DNA of 64,000 bases from positions 36,345 to 100,344 of the forward strand of contig JAQURL010000001.1 of assembly GCA_028715625.1 (NCBI GenBank), in the 5' to 3' direction. Under the pieces are notes generated by a model. It was given only the letters and a program-made list of their open reading frames with translations. It searched no databases and was not told the DNA's origin. The stretch comes from Candidatus Margulisiibacteriota bacterium. GTDB lineage: Bacteria; Margulisbacteria; Riflemargulisbacteria; GWF2-35-9. This document shows, one piece after another, positions 18,581 to 26,423 of this stretch (positions within the stretch are counted from its first letter, which is position 1; each line of letters begins with the position of its first letter). Both the position numbers and the translations under genes were made by a program.

Positions 18581-18925
18581 TTGAATAAGAACCTTAAACT
18601 TAAAACAAGTAAAGAATACGCTGATACATTAAATCATGGTAAAAAGTTAACAGGAAAAGGGCTTGTTATCTATTTTAAACAATCAGAACAACTAAAAGTA
18701 GGAATAATAGCCAGTAAAAAAGTAGACAAACTAGCTGTAGGGCGTAATAAAATAAAAAGAACGGTGAGAGAAATTTTCAGGTTAAACAAACCGTTTGTGG
18801 TTGGGGACTATGTAATCATCGCCAAATCTAGCATACTGAAAATGAGTTACCGTGACATAAAAGAAGATTATGAGAATATTTTAAATAGAATAGACCAAAA
18901 AAATGTTAAGACTAATTATAATTAA
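18581..18925 (+). CDS. rnpA: Ribonuclease P protein component (TTG start)
   Basis: Size and basic composition fit, and it sits in the canonical rpmH-rnpA-yidD-yidC order. Confidence 0.7.
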   Translation: MNKNLKLKTSKEYADTLNHGKKLTGKGLVIYFKQSEQLKVGIIASKKVDKLAVGRNKIKRTVREIFRLNKPFVVGDYVIIAKSSILKMSYRDIKEDYENILNRIDQKNVKTNYN

Positions 18926-19109
18926 AATCCTGCGTTCCTATCAATTTTTGTCTGCGTTCACTATTAAAAAATGCAGATTCATGCCGACTTGTTCCGAATA
19001 TTCAATACTAGCCCTGGAAAAATATGGATTATTTCAAGGCTTAAAAAAATCTGTGATACGTATCAGCAAATGCCATCCCTGGAATCCTGGCGGATACGAT
19101 CCGGTATAG
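18903..19109 (+). CDS. yidD: Membrane protein insertion efficiency factor YidD
   Basis: Conserved FMPTCSEY...KCHPWNPGGYDPV. Confidence 0.8.
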   Translation: MLRLIIIKILRSYQFLSAFTIKKCRFMPTCSEYSILALEKYGLFQGLKKSVIRISKCHPWNPGGYDPV

Positions 19110-19124
19110 TATAAGGAGTTAGCT

Positions 19125-19778
19125 ATGCATCCTATTAAATATCTGGTTGACCACATGATGCTTCCCATACTGCAATTTTTTTATCAGTTTTCCGGAAATT
19201 ACGGGACAGCTATTATACTGCTTACCATCACTTTAAAATTAATATTATTCCCCCTAACTGTGAAACAAACAAAATCAATGTCGGAAATGAAAAATATTCA
19301 ACCGAAAATGAAGGAAGTACAGACGAAATATAAAGATAACCCGCAAATGATGCAGATGAAAATCATGGAATTATATAAAGAACATAAGGTAAATCCGTTT
19401 GGAGGTTGCCTGCCTACCCTTATTCAGCTACCGTTTTTTATAGCTATATTTGTAAGCTTGTCCAGTCCTCAATTTAAAAGTTTAATAACTGCCGAAGGGG
19501 CCAAGGCTACTTTCTTCTGGATTAACAATCTCGGTGGTCCGGACAAAACCATGATATTACCTTTGCTTGTAGCTCTTTCAACCTATTATTCACAAATGAC
19601 CATGAGTCCCGGACTTTCCAAAGATGACCCTCAAATGAAAATGTTTGCCTATATGCCTTTTTTGATGTTTTTCATTGCTATGAGCATGCCCAGCGGGGTA
19701 CTGATTTACTGGGCATTGTCTCAATTTATTACAGCTGTTCAGCAATACTTTCTGAATTTGAAGCCAATAAAAAAATAA
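19125..19778 (+). CDS. yidC: Membrane protein insertase YidC/Oxa1 family (short form)
   Basis: 5-TM 60-kDa-IMP core, position after yidD. Confidence 0.8.
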   Translation: MHPIKYLVDHMMLPILQFFYQFSGNYGTAIILLTITLKLILFPLTVKQTKSMSEMKNIQPKMKEVQTKYKDNPQMMQMKIMELYKEHKVNPFGGCLPTLIQLPFFIAIFVSLSSPQFKSLITAEGAKATFFWINNLGGPDKTMILPLLVALSTYYSQMTMSPGLSKDDPQMKMFAYMPFLMFFIAMSMPSGVLIYWALSQFITAVQQYFLNLKPIKK

Positions 19779-19782
19779 CTTT

Positions 19783-20334
19783 TTGAAAGGAGATATTAAT
19801 ATGGGTTTATTTGACATTTTTAAAGGATCGGAAGAAAAAACAGAAAACAATCAGATTTCGGAGGATTCCGGAAACACCATCAATGATGATATGCATAACA
19901 TCGCTAAAGATACGTTAACTGAAATTTTAGACCTGATGGGATTTTTTAATGTAGTAAAAATACTGAATTTTGATACAACTTTTGTATCGCTGGAAATCAA
20001 AGGAGATGATTTGGGCAGGATAATAGGCAAAGAAGGCAACACCTTATATGCTCTGCAATATTTATTAAAAAATATATTAAGTAAAAAATATAAACGTCCT
20101 GTTAACGTACAGTTAGATGCCAATAATTACAGGGAAAAAAGAACTAACTCTATAACCAATATGGCTCTTGAAGCCGCACAAAAAGCTATAGCTGAAAACA
20201 GAGAGATTTTGATGCCAGCCATGAACGCCTGGGAACGCAGGATAGTTCATACCACTCTGATGGAAAATGGTAAAGTCAAAACAGAAAGCATAGGCAGAGA
20301 ACAGGACAGAAAAGTTATTGTCTCTCCAAAATGA
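19783..20334 (+). CDS. jag: Jag/KhpB RNA-binding protein (KH + R3H)
   Basis: Position after yidC. C-terminal R3H-like region (RRIVHTTL...). Confidence 0.7.
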   Translation: MKGDINMGLFDIFKGSEEKTENNQISEDSGNTINDDMHNIAKDTLTEILDLMGFFNVVKILNFDTTFVSLEIKGDDLGRIIGKEGNTLYALQYLLKNILSKKYKRPVNVQLDANNYREKRTNSITNMALEAAQKAIAENREILMPAMNAWERRIVHTTLMENGKVKTESIGREQDRKVIVSPK

Positions 20335-21716
20335 CCCTGGCTCCTTTTGCTGACACTATAGCGGCTATTTCCACACCGTTGGGGATTGGGGGAATAGCTG
20401 TTATAAGGATCAGCGGTCCTGATACTGTAAAAATTGTTAAACAGGTTAGCTCCCTGAATAAACCTGTTCCTAATCAGATTCGTTTTACATCTTTTTTTAG
20501 TCCTGATAAAAATAAAATAGATGAAGGGCTGCTTTCATTTTTTAAAGGGCCTTTTTCTTTTACCGGCGAAGACATGGCTGAACTCAACTGCCATGGAGGG
20601 TATGTGGTTGCTCAAAAGCTTATAGATACGCTCCTTCGGCTAGGCGCCAGGCAGGCAGACAAAGGCGAGTTTACCATGCGGGCTTTTATTAACGGCAAAA
20701 TAGATCTGATGCAGGCCGAGTCGGTGATCGATTTAATTGAGGCCAAAACAGAAAAAGCTTCCGGCATTTTCGTCCATCAGCTGGAAGGCAGATTGTCCAA
20801 AAAAATTCAGACTATCCGCGAGCAGTTACTCAAACTTATAAGTCATCTTGAGGTTCATCTTGATTATCCTGAAGAAGAAGATTTAAAAAAACCCTCTGAC
20901 TATGCAAATATTATTAAGGACCTGGTCAGCCGAATAGACCACTTGTTAGCTACATATAACACCGGCCGGCTGCTCAAAGAGGGCATTTTAACGGTTATAG
21001 CAGGTGCGCCAAATGTCGGTAAATCCAGCCTTCTTAACGCGCTTTTAAAAGATAACCGGGCAATAGTAACTGATATTCCCGGGACAACCAGAGATACAAT
21101 CGAGGAATGGATGCAATTGGAAGGTATCCCCTTTAAATTTGTGGATACTGCCGGTTTGCGGAACAGCCAGAATAAAATAGAAATAATCGGTATGGGCAAA
21201 ACTAAAAAATTAATAAACAAGGCTGATCTGGTTTTATTGATGTTAGATGCCGGAAGAGATCTGAATAAAGATGACCAGGCCATTTTAAAAAAACTTGATC
21301 CTAAAAAAACCGTCGTTATTATCAACAAAATTGATCTTCCTAAAAATTGCTCGAAAAAAATTACCGAGCTCCCCTCCCTGAAATTTTTTTCTTCTAATAT
21401 TTATCAGTTATCGGTTAAAAAAAGAAAAGGGCTGACAGCTCTGGAAAAAGGCCTGGTCAAATTCGCTCAAAAAAATTTTCTGACAGCTAGCGAACAAAAG
21501 GACGCGATTATCAGTAATGACAGACAAAAAGAACAGCTCATCAGCGCTAAAAAAACTTTATCCTCGGCTTTGAAATCAATAAAAAAGGGCCTTTCCGAGG
21601 ACCTCTGGTTGATTGATCTCCGTCTGGCATTAAGCACCCTAGGCTCCATAATCGGTGAAGATATCAGCGAAGAAGTGCTAAATGATATTTTTTCCAGATT
21701 TTGCGTGGGAAAGTAA
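20331..21716 (+). CDS. mnmE: tRNA modification GTPase MnmE
   Basis: G-domain motifs GAPNVGKSSLLN, DTAG. C-terminal CxGK tetrapeptide (CVGK). Confidence 0.9.
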   Translation: MTLAPFADTIAAISTPLGIGGIAVIRISGPDTVKIVKQVSSLNKPVPNQIRFTSFFSPDKNKIDEGLLSFFKGPFSFTGEDMAELNCHGGYVVAQKLIDTLLRLGARQADKGEFTMRAFINGKIDLMQAESVIDLIEAKTEKASGIFVHQLEGRLSKKIQTIREQLLKLISHLEVHLDYPEEEDLKKPSDYANIIKDLVSRIDHLLATYNTGRLLKEGILTVIAGAPNVGKSSLLNALLKDNRAIVTDIPGTTRDTIEEWMQLEGIPFKFVDTAGLRNSQNKIEIIGMGKTKKLINKADLVLLMLDAGRDLNKDDQAILKKLDPKKTVVIINKIDLPKNCSKKITELPSLKFFSSNIYQLSVKKRKGLTALEKGLVKFAQKNFLTASEQKDAIISNDRQKEQLISAKKTLSSALKSIKKGLSEDLWLIDLRLALSTLGSIIGEDISEEVLNDIFSRFCVGK

Positions 21717-21720
21717 AAAA

Positions 21721-21876
21721 TGGCGGGCGCTTTGCGCCAAAATCCGAATGGAATGGGCCTAAACGGGCGCGGCTGGGGCACTCCGCGGGGCAGCCGCGCC
21801 CTCGAGTGACGACTACGACGATTTCAAGGTTTTCGGGTCAGCGTTGCTGACCTGTTGGCTCTCGGGGAGAGCCAAA
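21721..21876. other. GC-rich cluster of four consecutive hairpins directly downstream of mnmE
   Basis: ggcgc-ttt-gcgcc (21726-21738). gggcgcggctg/cagccgcgccc, an 11-bp stem (21765-21801). ggtcagc-gtt-gctgacc (21836-21852). ttggctctc-ggg-gagagccaa (21855-21875). Confidence 0.5.
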
Positions 21877-21922
21877 CCCTTGCGGCAAATTCTTTTGAAT
21901 TTCTTGAAGTCCTCAGTATACT
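21855..21922 (+). promoter_or_regulatory. Operator-like palindrome plus promoter (module copy 1): TTGGCTCTC-N3-GAGAGCCAA, then -35 TTGAAT / -10 TATACT
   Basis: Perfect 9-bp inverted repeat. -35 at 21895-21900, 16-nt spacer, -10 at 21917-21922. ATG at 21930 is only 7 nt past the -10 (near-leaderless). Confidence 0.45.
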
Positions 21923-21929
21923 AAAAGGT

Positions 21930-22142
21930 ATGACAAACCTCCCACAAGTTGTATCTAATATTCCCCCGTCCGTTCAATGGCTCATCGACACCATTTGTAA
22001 CGAAATCGAGCACGGCAAGAAACTCACCTACTGGAATATCGGCAAGCATATCAAGGAACATAATACCTTCAAAAAAGGATGTCAGAATTTAACAATCTCA
22101 GAAGAAAAGAAGCATACCAAAATCGATTTGAAAGATATCTAA
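21930..22142 (+). CDS. Small hypothetical protein (70 aa); the ORF-track start at 21855 lies inside the hairpin and is rejected
   Basis: ATG follows the duplicated promoter module. MTNLPQVVSNIPPSVQWLIDTI.... Confidence 0.4.
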   Translation: MTNLPQVVSNIPPSVQWLIDTICNEIEHGKKLTYWNIGKHIKEHNTFKKGCQNLTISEEKKHTKIDLKDI

Positions 22143-22279
22143 AAGAATTGAACAGCGAAAACAAATGGAAGTTGCTTGATGAGTTTTTTCAAAAGAACCT
22201 AGATCAAATCGATGTTTTAAATGAGCAGAAGATGAATGAAAGCATAAACAATTTACTTCAAGACATATATTCAAATTAG
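22079..22279 (+). CDS. Small hypothetical helical protein overlapping the previous ORF in another frame (possible frameshifted continuation)
   Basis: 66-aa ORF with non-low-complexity sequence. Overlaps 21930..22142 by 64 nt. Confidence 0.25.
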   Translation: MSEFNNLRRKEAYQNRFERYLKELNSENKWKLLDEFFQKNLDQIDVLNEQKMNESINNLLQDIYSN

Positions 22280-22297
22280 ATTGGCTGGTCAGTTGGC

Positions 22298-22361
22298 GCT
22301 CTAAGAGAGCCAAAACCTTGTGTAAATTCTTTTGATTTATTTGAGCTGGGAGTATAATCAA
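22298..22361 (+). promoter_or_regulatory. Operator-like palindrome plus promoter (module copy 2): TTGGCGCTCT-AA-GAGAGCCAA, then -35 TTGATT / -10 TATAAT
   Basis: About 80 bp, roughly 75% identical to copy 1 (gagagccaaaaccttgtgtaaattcttttgatttatttgag...agtataat). ATG at 22362 is 7 nt past the -10. Confidence 0.45.
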
Positions 22362-23003
22362 ATGAGAATGACAGGCATTAAATATGTAATTGAACATTAT
22401 CCAGCGGTAATTGCAATACTTGGCACTTTGTCTGGACTTGTTTCGGTGTTACTGGGTGCAATAATATCAGCAAATGGAAATAAGATAAAACAGAAAGAGT
22501 TACAGCTTACAGAACAACAATTTATCTCGGACAAAAAACATCAGATCTCAAAGGAAAAGTATCAGAAATTGTTTAAGGAAAGGATTGAGGTTTACAAACA
22601 AATATTTATTGAGCTTAAGAAACTAAGTAAAAACCTGCGTGTTGTAGGGAATGCCCTATATAGGGTTGATCAATTTGGTTGTGATAGAACCGAAGTAATC
22701 ACCACAGAAAAGGTTAACGTAAAGACTTTGCAAACCCTTTTCAAATTAATTGAGGATAATAGTTTTTTGATTTCAGAAAAAACCCTTGAGTTAGTTAAGG
22801 GTCTTGAAGATTTTTACTGGAAATACAGAGCTGAAACGGATTCTTTGTATGATGTAGGGGCAATTGGCCCTGATGATATTGATGATGCGATAGAAAGCGA
22901 TCATAAGAAATTTTATGAGGAACAGGTCAACAGAATAAAAGAGTTCTATATACAGATCGAACAAGAAATATCATCAATGAAAAAGGATATGGGGTTTAAC
23001 TGA
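22362..23003 (+). CDS. Hypothetical membrane-anchored coiled-coil protein
   Basis: N-terminal TM helix (AVIAILGTLSGLVSVLLGAIIS), then heptad-rich coiled coil. No known motif. Confidence 0.45.
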   Translation: MRMTGIKYVIEHYPAVIAILGTLSGLVSVLLGAIISANGNKIKQKELQLTEQQFISDKKHQISKEKYQKLFKERIEVYKQIFIELKKLSKNLRVVGNALYRVDQFGCDRTEVITTEKVNVKTLQTLFKLIEDNSFLISEKTLELVKGLEDFYWKYRAETDSLYDVGAIGPDDIDDAIESDHKKFYEEQVNRIKEFYIQIEQEISSMKKDMGFN

Positions 23004-23113
23004 TAACAACGGGTGCAATATTCGTTACAATCTATTATCAAGAGCAGTGTTCGAATTAAGCATTTACCTGCTGACACTTGAGTAATATTAGTTGAAGGAA
23101 TAAAGTATATAAT

Positions 23114-23497
23114 ATGGATGCAGCAATAATTAAAATATTTTTTTGCATCGCTTATATAAAGGGCCTTATGCCTTCGCCTATCGTTTTATTAGTACTATTA
23201 GGGCTTGTATTATTTTACCCTCTTCGAAACAATAAAAGAGTTCTATTTCGAATATTGACTTGGGCATTTTTTGTTCCACTATCGTTTAACTTAATGACTA
23301 TGTCTGCTGGACTAACCTATAATGAGACCGAAAGTAGACTTATATCGCTTATTGTTTCTTTAGTAGTAGGCGTCATATATATTGCGGCACCACTTTTAAT
23401 TAATAGACTACAAAAATTTAAGCTTAAATTTATTGTTATTGGCGTATTATTAATATTCATTTTGGTTATCCCTGTATTCATCAAGTATGTGTTTTAA
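23114..23497 (+). CDS. Hypothetical small integral membrane protein (3-4 TM)
   Basis: Hydrophobic segments throughout. Confidence 0.4.
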   Translation: MDAAIIKIFFCIAYIKGLMPSPIVLLVLLGLVLFYPLRNNKRVLFRILTWAFFVPLSFNLMTMSAGLTYNETESRLISLIVSLVVGVIYIAAPLLINRLQKFKLKFIVIGVLLIFILVIPVFIKYVF

Positions 23498-23500
23498 GGT

Positions 23501-23722
23501 TTAGCTAAGAAAATTTTCACATTTTTTTTTATAAATCTTAGCAAAATCCATCATTTCAATGACATCTAGACGACGTTCTCCAGATTCTATTTTAGAAATG
23601 TATGATTGTGGTTTATTTAACAAGAGGGCAACATCAATTTGCTTTAGATTAGCCTCACTTCTAGCTTGTTTAAGCCTATCAATAAGCTTTAAGTACTTTT
23701 CTTTATAAATTGTTTTAGCCAT
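23501..23722 (-). CDS. XRE-family helix-turn-helix transcriptional regulator (Cro/CI-type)
   Basis: HTH: [39 protein letters not shown]. Confidence 0.8.
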   Translation of the reverse strand: MAKTIYKEKYLKLIDRLKQARSEANLKQIDVALLLNKPQSYISKIESGERRLDVIEMMDFAKIYKKKCENFLS

Positions 23723-24002
23723 AAATAGTTTGAAACCCCGATAATTTTATGATATATTCCAAATCAGGATATACCATAATGGAATATTAACTCAATGCGC
23801 AAAATTTTGCTTTTCTTCAAAATGAAATTCGAGCCGATTTTTCGTGACGTAGCTAAAAACTTAGACAGGAGCAAGGTGAGATAGTGGGCTGGCTTGCCGA
23901 GTCGAAGCTTTGCGACAACTATCTTTTACTTGTCCGCCTTCACTATGTTTCGGCGTGACAGTCTTCGCTAATCTCCTCGACTTCTCGTCGCTAAGCGAAG
24001 AC

Positions 24003-24091
24003 TGGCGGAGAGAGAGGGATTCGAACCCTCGATACCTTGCGGTAAACCACCTTTCCAGAGTGGCGCCATAGACCAACTAGGCGATCTCTCC
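24003..24091 (-). tRNA. tRNA-Ser (anticodon GGA)
   Basis: Reverse complement GGAGAGATCGCCTAGTTGGTCTATGGCGCCACTCTGGAAAGGTGG...GAGGGTTCGAATCCCTCTCTCTCCGCCA: long variable arm, anticodon loop CTGGAAA, encoded CCA. Confidence 0.8.
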
Positions 24092-24145
24092 TTAATCGAA
24101 TAAAGGCAATTATATCAACGAATACTTCTATTTGCTATAATATTT

Positions 24146-24871
24146 TTGCCACTTGGACAGAAAATACCTTGGCAAATAAACAACCTGTTCAAAATTAACA
24201 ACAGCATGCTAAAATTAGCACGGATTATGAAATTTAACATCTTTGATTTTTTACTACCCAGAGAAACCAAATTTTTTCATTACATGCTGGACCACGCGAA
24301 CTGCTTTGCAGAAGCATCAGTGCTTTTCAGAGACCTGTTAGCTAATCTGGAAACTATGAAAGAAGACGAAAAAAAATTGCTGCTTTTATCAATTAAAGAA
24401 TGCGAAAGCCGCGGGGATTCCATAGAAAAGAAAATGATCGATGAACTGAATCAGACTTTCATCACCCCGATCGATCGGGAAGATATTCACACTCTTGCTA
24501 TTAAACTCGACAGAGCTATTGATATTTTGAACAATCTTGCTAAAAAAATAGATATTTATAAAATCAATAAAGTCCCAAGTAATGCAAACAAATTCGCTGA
24601 TATTATTATTGCAATCGGACAATTAATGGTTTTACTCATCAAAGAACTGGAAAACAAAAGAAATGTCGAACAGATACAGGTAAAAATGCACTTTCTGGAA
24701 AATGAAGCTGACGACCTGTTTCATACTTCCATAGCAGAGTTGTTTAGCCTGAAACATGCACCAATTGATATTATCCGTTACAAAGAATTATATGAACATC
24801 TTGAGTCTATTGTGGACGCGGTAGACTATGTAGGCAAAATTATTCGCGGCATTAAAGTAAAACAAGCTTAA
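24146..24871 (+). CDS. DUF47-family (PhoU-like) phosphate-transport regulator (true start probably 24206-24227)
   Basis: Helical PhoU-like protein directly upstream of a PiT transporter (conserved pairing). Confidence 0.65.
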   Translation: MPLGQKIPWQINNLFKINNSMLKLARIMKFNIFDFLLPRETKFFHYMLDHANCFAEASVLFRDLLANLETMKEDEKKLLLLSIKECESRGDSIEKKMIDELNQTFITPIDREDIHTLAIKLDRAIDILNNLAKKIDIYKINKVPSNANKFADIIIAIGQLMVLLIKELENKRNVEQIQVKMHFLENEADDLFHTSIAELFSLKHAPIDIIRYKELYEHLESIVDAVDYVGKIIRGIKVKQA

Positions 24872-24903
24872 CAGATTGTTAAGTGAAAAATGTTAGGTGT
24901 TAA

Positions 24904-25893
24904 ATGTTGACTCTCGTTATTATTATTGTCGTTTTCGCTTTGATTTTCGATTTCATTAACGGTTTTCATGATGCCGCTAATGCAATTTCAACAATTGTCG
25001 CTTCCAAAACTTTAACACCCTTACAAGCTGTCTTTCTGGCTGGTATCTCAAACTTTATCGGTTATTTCACTTTCGGTACCGCTGTAGCAAAAATGGTGGG
25101 AAAAGGTGTGGTAAATATTGATTTCATAACCTTACACATAATATTGGCAACTATTGTCGGGGCAATTATCTGGAACCTGATTACCTGGTTTTTTGGTATA
25201 CCCACATCCAGCAGCCACGCTTTGATAGGAGCCTTGATAGGCGCAGGGATAGCTTCCGCTGGGATCCAGGTTATAATTGTCAGCGGGCTAATGAAGATCT
25301 TTCTATTTATTTTTATAGCACCTTTATTGGGAATGCTCGGTTCAATTGTTTTTACCATAATTATTATTCGATTAGCAAAAAAGTTAAAACCACAAAAAGC
25401 TACAAAAATATTTAAAAGATTGCAACCGATAGCTACAACATTTTATAGTATCGGGCACGGCACCAATGATGCGCAAAAAACTATGGGTATAATAGCTTTA
25501 ACTTTGTATACCTCTGGAATAAATAAATCTTTCATAATAAATGATTGGGTGGTGTTGGCTTGTTATAGTGCAATCTCTATGGGAACTCTGTTCGGAGGTT
25601 GGAGAATTGTTAAAACCATGGGAACAAATATAATAAAAATCCGCCAGATGGAAGGCTTTTGTGCCGATACAGCCGCTGCTTTTGTTTTGTTAGGTACAGC
25701 GCATGCGGGAATACCGGTAAGTACAACCCATGTTATTGCCGGTTCAATTATGGGTGTTGGAACTGTTGAACATGTGAATAATGTACGCTGGATCACAGCC
25801 AGACAAATAATATGGGCCTGGTTGATTACAATTCCAATTGCGGCTCTTTTTTCCAGCATCACCTATTTTCTGTTTTCCTTTTTTATTCAGTAG
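24904..25893 (+). CDS. pit: Inorganic phosphate transporter, PiT family
   Basis: GFHDAANAISTIVAS motif. Repeated PHO4 halves. Multi-TM. Confidence 0.85.
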   Translation: MLTLVIIIVVFALIFDFINGFHDAANAISTIVASKTLTPLQAVFLAGISNFIGYFTFGTAVAKMVGKGVVNIDFITLHIILATIVGAIIWNLITWFFGIPTSSSHALIGALIGAGIASAGIQVIIVSGLMKIFLFIFIAPLLGMLGSIVFTIIIIRLAKKLKPQKATKIFKRLQPIATTFYSIGHGTNDAQKTMGIIALTLYTSGINKSFIINDWVVLACYSAISMGTLFGGWRIVKTMGTNIIKIRQMEGFCADTAAAFVLLGTAHAGIPVSTTHVIAGSIMGVGTVEHVNNVRWITARQIIWAWLITIPIAALFSSITYFLFSFFIQ

Positions 25894-25897
25894 TGTC

Positions 25898-26356
25898 ATG
25901 AATATCCTGATTATTTACAAATCTGTTCATCATAAAAATACTGAAAAACTTGCACAGGTTCTTGCCGAACAACTGAAAGCCGACCTAAAACAACCGCAAG
26001 AAGTGAAAGCGGAACAGCTAAGTTCTTACGATATTATAGGGTTCGGTTCTGGGGTCTTTTTCAGCCAATTGCATCAAGACCTTTTAAAATTGGTTAAATA
26101 TCTGCCTGAATTAAACAAAAAAGTGTTCATATTTTCGACCCGAGGAACTGTTGTTGATTTTTTTTATCACTCCTCTCTAAAAAGTCTATTAAGAAACAAA
26201 GGCGCAGAACTTGTCGGGGAATTTTCGTGTAGAGGATATGATACATTTGGATTATGGAAATTTTTCGGTGGAATTGCCAAGGGTCACCCTGATACAAAAG
26301 ATATTAAATTAGCCATTAATTTCGCTGAAACATTAAAAAGTAAATTAAAAGTTTAA
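25898..26356 (+). CDS. Flavodoxin-like protein
   Basis: MNILIIYKSVHHKNTEKLAQVLA... flavodoxin fold (FMN-binding loop T/S-x-T...). Start moved to the internal ATG at 25898. Confidence 0.55.
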   Translation: MNILIIYKSVHHKNTEKLAQVLAEQLKADLKQPQEVKAEQLSSYDIIGFGSGVFFSQLHQDLLKLVKYLPELNKKVFIFSTRGTVVDFFYHSSLKSLLRNKGAELVGEFSCRGYDTFGLWKFFGGIAKGHPDTKDIKLAINFAETLKSKLKV

Positions 26357-26423
26357 AAATTCTTTTGATAATGTAAAATTCTAGGTTATGATTATAGGCA
26401 TAACTGATCACCCGGTATAAAAA

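Noticed and set aside
21855-21929. ORF-track start of the 95-aa ORF at 21855
   Set aside because: The ATG lies inside the 9-bp perfect palindrome (operator-like hairpin) and upstream of the -35/-10. The start was reassigned to ATG 21930.
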